A stretch of 64,000 nucleotides of DNA from Octopus sinensis (GCF_006345805.1 NC_043012.1:8060001-8124000); one strand, 5' to 3'. Shown: positions 1-12,523, counted from the stretch's first letter. The notes: a model not told the origin generated them from the letters alone. Program-made: numbers and translations.

Positions 1-1065
1 GGTAAGCAAGCTACTTACCACACAGCCACTCCTATGCCTATAAAAAGGATTGTTAAAATATTTTTTTCTATTGTAGAAGTATCACCAATTTATTGTCGAC
101 AATCTTTAACTATAACGACTTATATAGACCTCCAAGTCACTAGCCTAGCTAGTGGGGGCGGTAGGGGCAGTCAGCTCCAGGTGGCACTTTTCATCCAGTT
201 GTAGGTTATTGCTGTAAGCAACATGTGTTTTGTGTGGGGTCTGGGGGCAGGAAACAGAAGGGCTGCCCTAGGTGGCAGACACTCTAGCTACACTACTGCT
301 CCAAGGACCCTGGTTGAGAACCACTCTCATTACATCATGGTGTTCTCATGCAGCTGTAAAACCTATGGCGCCAACCAAACCAAAACCACAACCATCCCCA
401 CTTACATAAAAGCCAAACAAAACAAAAAAATGGCATAAAACAGTAAAAATGCAAAAAAAAAATGCCAACATTTTGTGAGTTGTGACTTTATAATCCAACA
501 CAAGGAATTCTAAAATCCACTTCAGATTTTTGGCACAGTTCGGGGGGGGGGGGTATTTAATTTTTTTGTTATTTTAGAGGGATTATAATATTCTTCTGAG
601 ATTATATCAGTTTGGTTTTTTTATTTTATTTTTGTTTTTTTTACTTTAGTTTTCAAATTCTAGATGCTGCTTAAAATATTTGAATATTTGAGTCATTTGT
701 TATTGTTAATGGGTGTCAGTGTTTATAGTGTGTGTGTGTGTGTGTGTGTGTGCGTGTGTAATAACTGTAATTACAGCCTTCGGGTTTATTCAAAAATTTA
801 TAAATATATATATATACACACACATATATATGTATATACACACATATACATACATATATATATACACACACATATATATATACGTATATATAATACATAC
901 ATACATTTATATAAAGTAGTGAGGAAGACAAACAATTAGTCAAGGCAGGACTATGGCATTTAAATTCATTTAATTCCACCTAAAAATAACAAAAATGATA
1001 ATAAAAAACTGGTAAAGACAGTAGAGATAGTTTCTGGGATTTCCCAGTTATTGAATCATCATATT

Positions 1066-1542
1066 ACATGAGGAATATTTGAAGGAAGATATTAAGTGAC
1101 TAGAATCCTTCGATCACCTCTGCCTGTGCCGCATCCTTCGTGTCCAATGGCATCACTTTGTCTCCAACAATTCGCTGTAGAATCACCTCCCTCCGACAAG
1201 TCATCCTAACGAGACGTCTGCGTTGGCTGGGTCATGCCCTCCGTCGTCAACCAGGAGAATTCATCTATGAAGCAACTGTCCCAGCTCCTCTTCAGGGTTG
1301 GTGAAAGCGATATGGTGGACAACGAAAAACCTGGCTGATGACAGTCAAGGCTGATCTGGAACCCAGCCTAGGCCCCCATATCTATGGCGTTTGCCGCTGG
1401 AATAAGGAGTGGTTGGAGATCACGCAGTTGTTAGCCTCAAATCACCAGGTCTGGTTGGCGTTTGTGAGAGATGCAGCACTGAGGATGAATGAAGCCAGCT
1501 CAACCCACCCCGGGTGAATGCTGTCTCAAGTCAAGTCAAGTC
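1066..1542 (+). mobile_element. 5'-truncated RTE-clade LINE 3' end
   Basis: Decayed frame EDIK*LESFDHLCLCRILRVQW...RRLRWLGHALRR, a (CAAGT)n tail, and a 12-bp TSD AATCATCATATT at 1054-1065 and 1543-1554. Confidence 0.85.
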
Positions 1543-1970
1543 AATCATCATATTGATTGAAGACTGTAAACCAGGTATTCTGTCATCGGAGTAATGAATG
1601 AAGAAATATATGATAGACAGTGGAAAGAAAGCTCCTCTTTAATGATATTTGTTGTTGTTCATTATGGTTCATTATGTTCAGGAGGGTTTAATTAAATCCA
1701 TTTGATTTGGTATTTCCCCAAGTATATCCGTAGGTGTATCCTTAGATTAAATAAAATAATGTATTTGACTTGAGATACTCATTATGCCTCAGCATTTGTT
1801 GTCCTCTTTCACAAATATATATCTGCTGAATTGGAAACCTAAAATGGTTCCATAGTTCCTGTCTCAGTTATGAGCTTGGGACCCTGATAATCCATTACAG
1901 CACTTACCCAGCATAGCTATTCATTTAGATTACCAGTGAACTAAACCCTTATATTCTGTGTATATATATA

Positions 1971-2357
1971 CTCTTTTACTTGTTTCAGTCATTTGACTGT
2001 GGCCATGCTGGAGTACCGCCTTTAGCCGAGCAAATCGACCCCAGAACTTATTCTTTGTAAGCCTAGTACTTATTCTATTGGTCTCTTTTGCCAAACCACT
2101 AAGTTATGGGGATGTAAACACACCAGCATCGGTTGTCAAGCGATGTTGGGGGGACAAACACAGACACACAAACATATACACACACATACATACATATATA
2201 CGACAGGCTTCTTTCAGTTTCCGTCTACCAAATCTATTCACAAGGCTTTGGTCGGCCCGAGGCTATAGTAGAAGACACTTGCCCAAGGTGCCATGCAGTG
2301 GGACTGAACCTTGAACCATATGGTTGGCAAGCAAGCTACTTACCACACAGCCACTCC
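1971..2357 (-). mobile_element. SINE family A (tRNA-like head, CORE-like CTTGGGCAAGTG segment, internal TA/TG microsatellite, GAGTAAAA-type tail)
   Basis: A-box-like TGGCTGTGTGG and B-box-like GGTTCAGTCCC; the same element recurs more than 12 times in the window. Confidence 0.85.
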
Positions 2358-2412
2358 TACGCGTATATATATATATATATTATATATATATGTATATATG
2401 AAAAAAAAAAAA

Positions 2413-5203
2413 AAAAATTTGCCAATGTTCTGCGCCGTGAGGACCAAAGACTGGAGGTGTTTCGCGTTGCAAGACAGTGTGTGAGAGAGAATTGTGATGT
2501 GGTGGGAGAGAAGTGTGTTCGCATGGAAGATGGTTCACTTGCGCTAAACGAGGATGCAAAGAGAGAGGCTTGGAGATGCCACTATGAAGGTTGCTGAATA
2601 AAGAAAATGAATGGGATAAAGAGAGTCTGCCGAACGTTGACCCAACAGAGGACCAGCTATCAGGTTGATAGTTCCTTAGTAGCTAAGGCAATTAGAACAT
2701 GAAGACAGGAAAGCCCCAGGCCATCAGGTATCACTGCAGAGATGCTCAAAATCTATCTGGTGTGTCAGCTATAGCCTAGTCACCTGTATAGTTAATCAGG
2801 TGATACATGAAGGAGTCATACCCAATGACTGGTGTAGCAGCATAATAGTCAACTGCTACAAAGGTAAAGGTGATGCCCTTAGATACAAATAATTACAGAG
2901 GTATCAAGCTGTTTGGATCAGGTGATGAGGTTACAGAGAGGGTCATAAGCCAACTAATTAGAGAGAGAGTTAGTTTAGATGAGATGCAGTTTGGTTTCAT
3001 GCAGGGAAAAAGTACCACTGATGCTATATTCCTGGTAAGGCAGCTGCAGGAGAATACCTAGCCAAAGATAGGCCATGTACCTGGCTTTGTTGACATGGAG
3101 AAACCTTCGACAGGGTCCCCCGATCCCTCATATGGTGGTCAATGAGGAAACTAGGATTAGAAGAATGGTTAGTGAGAGCTGTGCAAGCCATGTACAGGGA
3201 CGCTGCTAGTAAGGTGAGGGTTGGAAATGAGTACAGTGAAGAATTCCGGGTAGAGGTAGGGGTCCACCAAGGCTCAGTCCTCAGCCCCCTCCTATTTATC
3301 ATAGTCCTCCAGGCAATAACGGAGGAATTCAAGACAGGATGCCCCTGGGAGCTCCTCTATGCTGATGACCTTGCTCTAATTGCTGAGTCATTATCAGAAC
3401 TGGAGAAAAAATTCAGGTGTGGAAGCATGGTTTAGAATCGAAGGGCCTTAGAGTCAACCTAGCTAAAACCAAAGTCGTAATAAGTAGGAAGGTAGACAAA
3501 TCACAAACGCCTTCAGGTAGATGGCCCTGCTCGATCTGTAGAAAAGGTGTAGGTAGAAACTCTGATAGATGCACCAAGTGTAAGCTATGGACACATAGAG
3601 GTGCAGCAATGTCATAGGAAGGCTAACTAGGAAGATGGTTTGGATGTGGCAGATGCTCGGGAGCATTAACCTCTGAAAATCTGCACGAAACAACTTCCGT
3701 CACTTTCCAGGGGGAAAAACTAGAAGTGGTTGATAGCTTCCGTTATCTTGGTGACCAAGTCAGTAGTGGGGATGGGTGTGCTGAAAGTGTAACGGCTAGA
3801 GTAAGAATAGCCTGGGCAAAGTTTAGGGAGCTCTTACCTCTGTTGGTGACTAAAGGCCTCTCGCTCAGAGTAAAAGCAGACTGTATGATGCATGTGTACG
3901 AACAGCCACATGCTACATGGCAGTGAAACATGGGCCGTGACTGCTGAGGACATGCGTAAGCTCGCGAGAAATGAAGCTAGTATGCTCCGTTGGATGTGTA
4001 ATGTCAGTGTTCATAGTCGACAGAGTGGTAAGTACCTTGAGAGAAAAGTTGGACCTAAGAGGAATCAGAGTTGTGTGCAAGAGAGACGATTGCGCTGGTA
4101 TGGTCATGTGGTGAGAATGGATGAAGAAGGTGTGTGAAAAAGTGCCACACCCTGGCAGTTGAGGGGACCTGTGGAAGAGGGGACCTGTGGAAGAAAACCT
4201 GGGTCGAGGTGGTGAAGCACGACCTTCGAACTCTAGGTCTCACCAAGGAAATGACCAGAGACCAAGACCTATGGAAGTATGCTGTGCGTGAGAAGACCCG
4301 GCAAGACCAGTGAGAAAATCATCAAAATCAATCATATATCAGAAAGCAGGGGTTAAGTGACCCATCTGTTCGTGTCCGCTGTCAGCCTCGTCTGGCACCC
4401 GTGCCGGTGATACGTAAAAGCACCATTCGCTCATGGCCGTTTGCCAGCTCTGCCTGGCCCCGTGTCGGTGGCACGTAAAAGCACCATCCGTTCGTGTTCG
4501 TTGCCAGCCTCGCCTGGCCCCGTGTCGGTGACACGTAAAAGCACCGTCCGTTCGTGGCCATTTGCCAGCTCTGTCTGGCCCCGTGTCGGTGGCACGTAAA
4601 AGCACCATCCGTTCGTGGCCATTTGCCAGCTCTGTCTGGCCCCGTGTCGGTGGCACGTAAAAGCACCATCCGTCCGTGTCCGTTGCCAGCCTCGGCTGGC
4701 CCCGTGCCGGTGACACGTAAAAGCAACCGTCCGCTCGTGGCCGTTTGCCAGCTCTGTCTGGCAACCGTGTCGGTGGCACGTAAAAGCACCATCCGTTCGC
4801 ATCCGTTGCCAGCCTCGGCTGGCCCCGTGCCGGTGACACATAAAAGCACCGTCCGTTCGTGGCCGGTGCCAGCTCTGTCTGGCCCCATGTCGGTGGCACG
4901 TAAAAGCACCATCCGTTCTTGTCCGTTGCCAGCATCGCCTGGCCCCGAGCCGGTGACACGTAAAAGCACCATCCGTTCGTGGCCGTTCACCAGCTCTGTC
5001 TGGCACCTGTGCAGGTGGCACGTAAAAAACACCCACTACACTCGCGGAGTGGTTGGCGTTAGGAAGGGCATCCAGCCGTAGAAACACTGCCAGATCTGAC
5101 TGGGCCTGACGAAGCCTTCCAGCTTCACAGACCCCAGTTGACCCGTCCAACCCATGCTAGCATGGAAAACGGACGCTAAACGATGATGATGATGATGATG
5201 ATG

Positions 5204-5205
<2 letters not shown>
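2413..5205 (+). mobile_element. 5'-truncated RTE-clade LINE: frameshifted RT region (2413-about 4312) plus a long 3' UTR (family B) ending in (GAT)n
   Basis: RT motifs across frames (NYRGIKL, QFGFMQGKSTTDAIF, GVHQGSVLSPLLF, YADD, CSICRKGV, RLRWYGHV). No endonuclease domain. Flanked by (TA)n on both sides. Confidence 0.9.
4381..5030 (+). repeat. GC-rich minisatellite, 11 units of 60-61 bp, inside the RTE 3' region
   Basis: Repeated GCCAGC(CTCG/TCTG)..CTGGCCCCGTG(C/T)CGGTG(G/A)CACGTAAAAGCACC unit, directly visible. Confidence 0.9.
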
Positions 5206-5239
<34 letters not shown>

Positions 5240-5279
5240 ATGTATATATACATATATATACATACACACAGACATATAT

Positions 5280-6215
5280 TTACAGTCACGCCATAAATAT
5301 AAAGATTGGTTTATCTGATAAATTCATTCATTTCTTTTCAATGTTATTTGAATTAACACAAAAATATTTTCATTGTAATAGTTTGCTTTTTTTTTTCTTT
5401 TTATAGCTCATTCTTCCTATTCACCTTTTATTGTTTTGAAAATTTGAATAAATTCTATTGTTTTTCAGACACATGACAACGAAGAATCGAGTAGCAAAAA
5501 AAAAAAAAATAGGTGAGCCTTTTCAAGACGTGCTTCTCTTCACTTCCAGTGAAGGCTCCAAAGCTACCAAATTTGCTCAAGACATTTGTGCTGCATGTGA
5601 AGAAGCTGTTATTACTGAAAGAACTGCACAGAAATGATCTTCGCCTTTCAAGGAGATGAAATACAACCTCACAGATGCTCTGCCTTATGGCCAATTTTCA
5701 TCCAGGAAGATCTGCACATTTCCACTAGGAAATTGGCCTAACAGATGGCATGCACTCATAATATTCTCACCCATCACCTGCTCTTGATTGGTAAGTTCCA
5801 AACAACCCAGAAGATGACATGATGTGCTTCTTTGACACAACAATGCTTGATCCCCCACATTGCTAATTTGACTAAAAATGCTACTCAAGAACTTCATTGG
5901 GGAGTTCTCACACATCCACAGTATCCTCCTGATACAACACCTTCAGATTATCACCATTTTTGGTTACTGTCCAAAGGTCTTTGAGGTGTTTTGTTCCACA
6001 CCAATGTAGGGCTGAAAACATGACTCAATGACTTTTTTGAGTCAAGATCTGGTGATTCCTAACATGAAAGCATTGACAAGCTCAAGGAATATTGGCAAAG
6101 AGTTGCGAATAATGGAGGAGAATACATTACTGACTGGTTTGTAAAAGTTGTCGATGAAAAATAAGGATTAAAATAAATGGGGAAAAAAACCAAACAAATT
6201 TGTCTAACAACCGCC
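5280..6215 (+). mobile_element. Decayed, internally deleted mariner-family DNA transposon
   Basis: Remnant N-terminal HTH-like frame (GSKATKFAQDICAA..EEAVITERTAQK) and C-terminal LTHPQYPPDTTPSDYHHF, matching the mariner HPPYSPDLAPSDYHLF motif, then ...WQRVANNGGEYI. TIRs were not convincingly resolved. Confidence 0.75.
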
Positions 6216-6238
6216 TATATATACATATTTAAACACAT

Positions 6239-6283
<45 letters not shown>

Positions 6284-6321
6284 ATATTAGATATAGATAG
6301 ATAGATAGGTAGATATATATG

Positions 6322-6353
<32 letters not shown>

Positions 6354-6369
6354 TATATATATATATATA

Positions 6370-6843
6370 CATCATCTCATCATCATCATCATCCTCATCA
6401 TCATTTAATGTCTGCCTTCCATGCTGGCATGGGTTGGACTGTTTGATAGGAGCTGGCCAAGCAGGAGCCTGCATCAGACTTATTGTCTATTTTGGCACAG
6501 TTTTTACAGCTGGATGTCTTTCCTAATACCAACCACCATTCTATATGTACCATTCGAACATGGCTAATGCCAGTGCCAGCTTGACTGGCTCCCGTGCCAG
6601 TGGAACATAAAAGCACCATCCGAGTGCGGTCAATATCAGCTCCCTCTGGCCCCTGTGCCGCTGGCTTGTAAAAAGCACCCACTACATTCTTGGAGTGGTT
6701 GGCATTAGGAAAGGCATCCAGCTGTAGAAACACTGCCAGATCAGACTGGAGCCTGGTGCAGCCTTCTGGCTTCCCAGACCCCAGTTGAACCATCCAACCC
6801 ATGCCAGCATGGAAAACAGACGTTAAATGATGATGATGATGAT
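6370..6843. mobile_element. Two family-B copies back to back (minus about 6370-6545, plus about 6560-6843)
   Basis: (CAT)n at the left end and (GAT)n at the right end, with the GGATG(C/T)C(C/T)TTCCTAA core in opposite orientations, inside (TA)n. Confidence 0.75.
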
Positions 6844-7298
6844 ATACACATACATACGATTCACATATATTTATCTCTCTCTATATATATGTACATATGT
6901 ATGTATATGCATATATATGCATACATACATACATACATATACACACACACACACAAATATATGCATACATACATGCATATATATGTGTGTGTTCATAAAT
7001 AGAGAGAAAGTGAATATGTATCTTTGTGGATGTGAAAGGGAGGAACCTCCATCGCTTATCATGGAGTTACAGAAGAACTGCAAAAAATATGATAGTTGCA
7101 GTAGTTTGACATGAGAATAACAACAGGAAGAATACAAGAATGCAAAGAAAATGGTAAATCAATACTTTGGAATGAACCAAGCAAGATTTTTATTTTAAAG
7201 AAACAGAAAAAAAAAAAGAGAAAAAATGACAAACAAAAATAAACTGAACTCTTAAATGTATTCCAAAGTGTGAACTAAAAGATATCCTATCTCAAGTT

Positions 7299-7438
7299 AT
7301 GATGATGATGATGATGATGACGATGATGGCGATAAGATGATGGTGGTGATGATGCTGATGATGGTGATGATGATTGCGATGTTGATGAGATGGTGATGAT
7401 GGTGGTGGTGGTGGTGATGACGACGATGATGGCGGCAG

Positions 7439-7482
<44 letters not shown>

Positions 7483-7628
7483 GTGATGATGATGGGAGTG
7501 GTAGTGGTGCTGGTGATGACGATGATGATGATGGCGATAAGATGATGGTGGTGATGATGCTGATGATGGTGATGATGATTGCGATGTTGATGAGATGGTG
7601 ATGATGGTGGTGGTGATGATGGTGGTGG

Positions 7629-7687
<59 letters not shown>

Positions 7688-7735
7688 GTGATGATGATGG
7701 TGATGATGGTGATGATGGTAATGATGACAACGGTG
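7299..7735. repeat. Compound (GAT/GGT)n microsatellite with an internal ~88-bp duplicated block
   Basis: Trinucleotide runs; block 7322-7410 is repeated at 7528-7614. Confidence 0.9.
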
Positions 7736-7945
7736 AGCTGGCAGAAATGTTAGCGTGCCAGGCAAAATGCTTAGCGGTATTTCGTCTGTCTTTATGTTCT
7801 GAGTTCAAATTCCGCCGAGGTCGACTTTGCCTTTCATCCTTTCGGGGGTCAACAAATTAAGTACCAGTTGAGTACTGGGGGTCGATCTAATCGACTGCTC
7901 CCGCCCCACAAAAAAAATTTGGAGCCTTGTACCTAGAAAAAGATG
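7730..7945 (+). mobile_element. SINE family C
   Basis: GAGCTGGCAGAAATGTTAGC...GAGTTCAAATTCCGCCGAGGTCGACTTTGCCTTTCATCCTTTCGGGG. Confidence 0.85.
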
Positions 7946-8573
7946 GTGATGATGACAATGATGAAGATAGTTATGATGATGACAACAGTAACAAGAATAT
8001 CATCGTTGCTTGGCCAGAGGCCAACCCTGACCATGCAGATCTATAATCAAAGACGTTCTAACCATGACCATCTAGTCTTATTATGAAGTATCTAAGATAA
8101 TTTTATTTAATAAATTCTTTTGTTTCTTTTATCTTTTGTTTTACTTGTTTCAATCATTAAACTGTGGCCATGCTGGAGTACTGCCTTGAAGAATTTTTAG
8201 TCGAATGAATCGACCCCAGTACTTTTTTCTTTTAAGCTTAGTACTTATTCTATCGGTCACTTTTGCTGAACCGCAAAGTTATGGGGATGTAAACACACCA
8301 ACAATGGTTGTCAAGTCCTTGTAGGGGACAAACACAGACACACACACACATGAGGTCACATGGCTTAGTGGTTAGGGGGTTGCACTCAATTCTTAGACTG
8401 GCTGGTGCATTGTATTCTTAAGCAAAACACTTAATCTCAGATACATTAAAATATGCTTCAACACACAAATTCACATAAAGAATCTTCCAAATCAAATCCA
8501 AAAATGAAACATATATATATATATATATATATTAAAGATATATATATATATAAGTATATATCAGTAAATATCA

Positions 8574-8617
<44 letters not shown>

Positions 8618-9223
8618 ATATATATATATATATATAAAGATATATATATATATATATATATATATCAGTGGCGACTCCAGCACTCAGTGTATCAATTACA
8701 AAAGGATGAGGTAGAATTTGAACTCTAATGTTAGTTTGTTTACATCCTCATAAATTGGTGCTTTGGTAAAAAAAGGACTTAAAAATATGTACGGGGGGGG
8801 GGCATTCTATTTGACTAAAAAACACACCCTTCAAAAGGTGCTCCAGCATAGCCACAATCCAATGAATAATATTGACTAATGCAGTTACAGAGACTCACAT
8901 ACAGGACTTGAAGTTTCTGTGTCAATGGTACGATGATCACCACACTTCTTCAACTGTTGTAAACCCAGTGCCCTTAGCACCATCAATTACAAACATGAAA
9001 AATCATGCACTGTTAGTGGGAAGAATAAATTTCCTCTGGGCATTTGATTGTACAGGGAGAAACAACACTTCTCAGCTCGATTTCCAAAGATATTGAGGTC
9101 TAGCTTTTTTGTTGTCACACATGGTTAGTCAATATATGTGTGTGTGTCAGTGCGTGTGCTTACATACAAACTGACAGGCACATATAGGAAGATATAATAT
9201 ATAACAAATATACAGAGAGGTGT

Positions 9224-9636
9224 AGGAGTGTCTGTGTGGTAAGTAGTTTGCTTACGAACCACATGGTTCCAGGTTCAGAGCCACTGCGTGGCACCTTGGG
9301 CAAGGGTCTTCTACTATGGCCTCGGGCCGACCAAAGCCTTGTGAGTGGATTTGGTAGACGGAAACTGACAAAATCCCGTCGTATATATGTATATATGCAT
9401 ATGTATGTATGTGTGTGTATATGTTTGTGTGTCTGTCTTTGTCCCCCCAACATCGCTTGACAACCGATGCTGGTGTATTTACGTCCCCGTAACTTAGTGG
9501 TTCGGCAAAAGAGACCGATAGAATAAGTACTAGATTACAAAGAATAAGTCCTGGGGTCGATTTGCTTGACTAAAGGCAGTGCTCCAGCATGGCCGCAGTC
9601 AAATGACTGAAACAAGTAATAGAGTAAAAGAGTAGA
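9224..9636 (+). mobile_element. SINE family A, full length
   Basis: Same head, body and tail as 1971-2357. Confidence 0.85.
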
Positions 9637-10059
9637 GAAAGACAGACAGACAGATAAGATATGTGAACTTACTAGAGAAAAGTAAGTATACTTAATGTCA
9701 GTCACTGTGCAAATATCATTGTATTATGTTGACAGAATAATATAGATTTAATCTGTGAGGTTAAGTTCTAATTAGCTGTTTAATGAATCATTAATGTCAA
9801 CTTAACGCAACATTAATTTTGGTTAGTACTTAGGAAACCATAATGCCGCAAGCATCAAATTTAAGAGAAATACTGATGACTATTTATCACATGGTCATTA
9901 GTTTATAACTTACTAACATACCAATTCTTTGTTTTGGACTCAGTCTACTTGGTTGATAAACAGGTTGTATGTTTATCAGGTAGAGTAACTGGCAATAGGA
10001 AGTGCATACACCTGTGGAAGAAACAATTATTGCCAACACAATACACACAAATAGGCACA

Positions 10060-10465
10060 GGAATAGCTGTGTGGTAAGTAGCTTGCTTACCAGCCACATG
10101 GTTCCGGGTTCATTCCCACTGCGTAGTACCTTGGGCAAGTGTCTTCTACTGTAGCCTCGGGCTGACCAAAGCTTTGTGAGTGGATTTGGTAGACGGAAAC
10201 TGAAAGAAGCCCATTGTATATATGTATATATACATATATGTGTGTGTGTGTTTGTGTATCTGTGTTTGTCTCCCAACATCGCTTGACAACCGATGCTGGT
10301 GTGTTTGCATCTCCGTCACTTAGTGGTGCGGCAAAAGAGATCAATAGAATAAGTACTAGGCTTACAAAGAACAAGTCCTGAGGGTCGATTTGCTCGACTA
10401 AAGGCGGTGCTACAGCATGGCCGCAGTCAAATGACTGAAACAAGTAAAAGAGAGAGAGAAAGAGT
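10060..10465 (+). mobile_element. SINE family A, full length
   Basis: Same head, body and tail. Confidence 0.85.
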
Positions 10466-10774
10466 AAATATATGACATTGCAAATATTCCCTTTCCTTCT
10501 TCTCTTCATCCCCCTCTGCCTTCTCCTATTCCTCCTTTTGATCAGTTAACATTCTCTTTCCATGCTTGTATGGGTTGGACAGAATTTGACAGGGTTTGAT
10601 GAGTTCGAGGAATTTTTCAGGCTCAGCACCTTCATTGGCATGGTTTCTACTGTTGGATGCCCTTTCTGGACACCAGCCACTCTACAGAGTAGACTGGGTG
10701 CATCTTTTTGTGGCACCAGCACTAGTGAGGTAGCCTTGTAACTTGCAATGATTATTATTAGTATCATTATTATC

Positions 10775-11010
10775 AAAGGTGGCAAGCTGGCAGAAGCGAT
10801 AGCACACTGGACGAAATGCATAGCAGCATCTCACCTGTTGCTACGTTCTGAGTTCAAATTCCGCCGAGTTCAACTTTGCCTTTCATCCTTTCGGGGTCAA
10901 TAAATTAAGTACCAGTAAAACACTGGGGTCAATGTAATCGACTAGGCCCCTCCCCAACAATTTCAGACCTTGTGTCTATAGTAGAAAGGATTATTAGTAT
11001 TATAGATTAT
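10775..11010 (+). mobile_element. SINE family C with (ATT)n-type tail
   Basis: Same head and body. Confidence 0.8.
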
Positions 11011-11655
11011 TATTATTTTCATAAATTACTCATTTTCGCTTTCTTTTTTAAAGTACTCAGGTTTGTTTTTCTTGTAGTAACCCTTTCAGTGTTGGTACCA
11101 TGTAAAAAGCACTAGTGTTGGTGCCACATACAATGCACTGGTGCTGATGTCACATAAAAAGCACCCACACACTCTGTAAAGTGGTTGGCATTAGGAAGGG
11201 CATCCAGTCATAGGAACTATACCAAAACAGACAATTGGAGCCTGGTGCTGCTGCCATCTAGCTTGCCAAATCCTGGTGGTGGTGGTGGTGGTGGTGATGG
11301 TGATGATGATGATGATACTATACATGACATAGTGAGCATCACACAAGAATGGCCCTTTTTAAATTAGATATAATTCGGCGATGGGCTTCCATGCAGTTTC
11401 CATGTACCCAATTTTAGGTACAAGGTAACAAGGTTTAACTTGAGGTTATACAAATGACACTGGGTGAAGCTACCACACAATAGAATTGAAACTGAGACTC
11501 CATGACTCCAAACTGCCTGTAATGATTAACCCTTTTCATACCAAGCCAACTAAGACCACCACCACTGGTTCCATGATGCAAACTTCCTATTTTAAAGGGA
11601 TTTAAATTAAAACCTTCCATCAATATTTTACATCAATTTATGTTCCAAATACCAC

Positions 11656-11821
11656 AGGAGTGGCTGTGTGGTAAGTAGCTTGCTTACCAACCACATGGTT
11701 CCGGGTTCAGTCCCACTGCGTGGCATCTTGGGCAAGTGTCTTCTACTACAGCCCCGGGCCGACCAATGCCTTGTGAGTGGATTTGGTAGACGGAAACTGA
11801 AAGAAGCCTGTCGTATATATG

Positions 11822-11854
<33 letters not shown>

Positions 11855-12066
11855 TTATGTGTCTGTGTTTGTCCCCCCAACATTGCTTGACAACCGATGC
11901 TGGTGTGTTTACGTCCCCGTCACTTAGTGGTTCGGCAAAAGAGACCGATAGAATAAGTACTGGGCTTACAAAGAATAAGTCCCGGGGTCGAGTTGCTCGA
12001 CTAAAGGCGGTGCTCCAGCATGGCCGCAGTCAAATGACTGAAACATGTAAAAGAGTAAAAAGAGAG
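11656..12066 (+). mobile_element. SINE family A, full length, low divergence
   Basis: Runs from GGAGTGGCTGTGTGG to GTAAAAGAGTAAAAGAG. Confidence 0.85.
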
Positions 12067-12219
12067 AGTATTAATAATCACAAAATCGTTTTATAAAATA
12101 TATAAGATATTTAATAATTCAAAAATTAATTGAAAGAAAGACAGTATCTCAGCAGGAATATGGCAACATAAGGCAACATATGGTCACAACACCTATTAGA
12201 CCTGCTACTTTCATATCTC

Positions 12220-12416
12220 TGTTTTTGTCTGTCTGTCTGTCTCTTCCCCCCTCTCTCTCTCACTATTTATGTATGTATGTATGTATGTATGTATGTATGT
12301 ATGTATGTATGCATTTATGTATGTATGTTCGTATGTATATCTCTCTCTCTCTATATATATATATATATCTATCTGTTTGTCTGTCTATCTATCTGTCTAT
12401 CTATCTACCATATCTA

Positions 12417-12447
<31 letters not shown>

Positions 12448-12488
12448 GTCTGTCTGTCTATCTATCTGTCTGTCTGTCTGTCTATCTA

Positions 12489-12523
<35 letters not shown>

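Noticed and set aside
4381-5030. CRISPR-like array
   Set aside because: Units are contiguous with no unique spacers, there are no cas genes, and the context is eukaryotic. The same holds for the 20-bp array at 13281-14565.
4339-5150. Several 175-239-aa ORFs on both strands
   Set aside because: They arise from a GC-rich 60/61-bp tandem repeat that lacks stops; the peptides are repetitive and have no domain.
11668-12096. Recurrent 70-150-aa ORFs such as MVSSLLTNHMVPGSVPLRG and MLAWVGWFD
   Set aside because: Chance open frames within SINE family A and family B copies, broken at different places in each copy.
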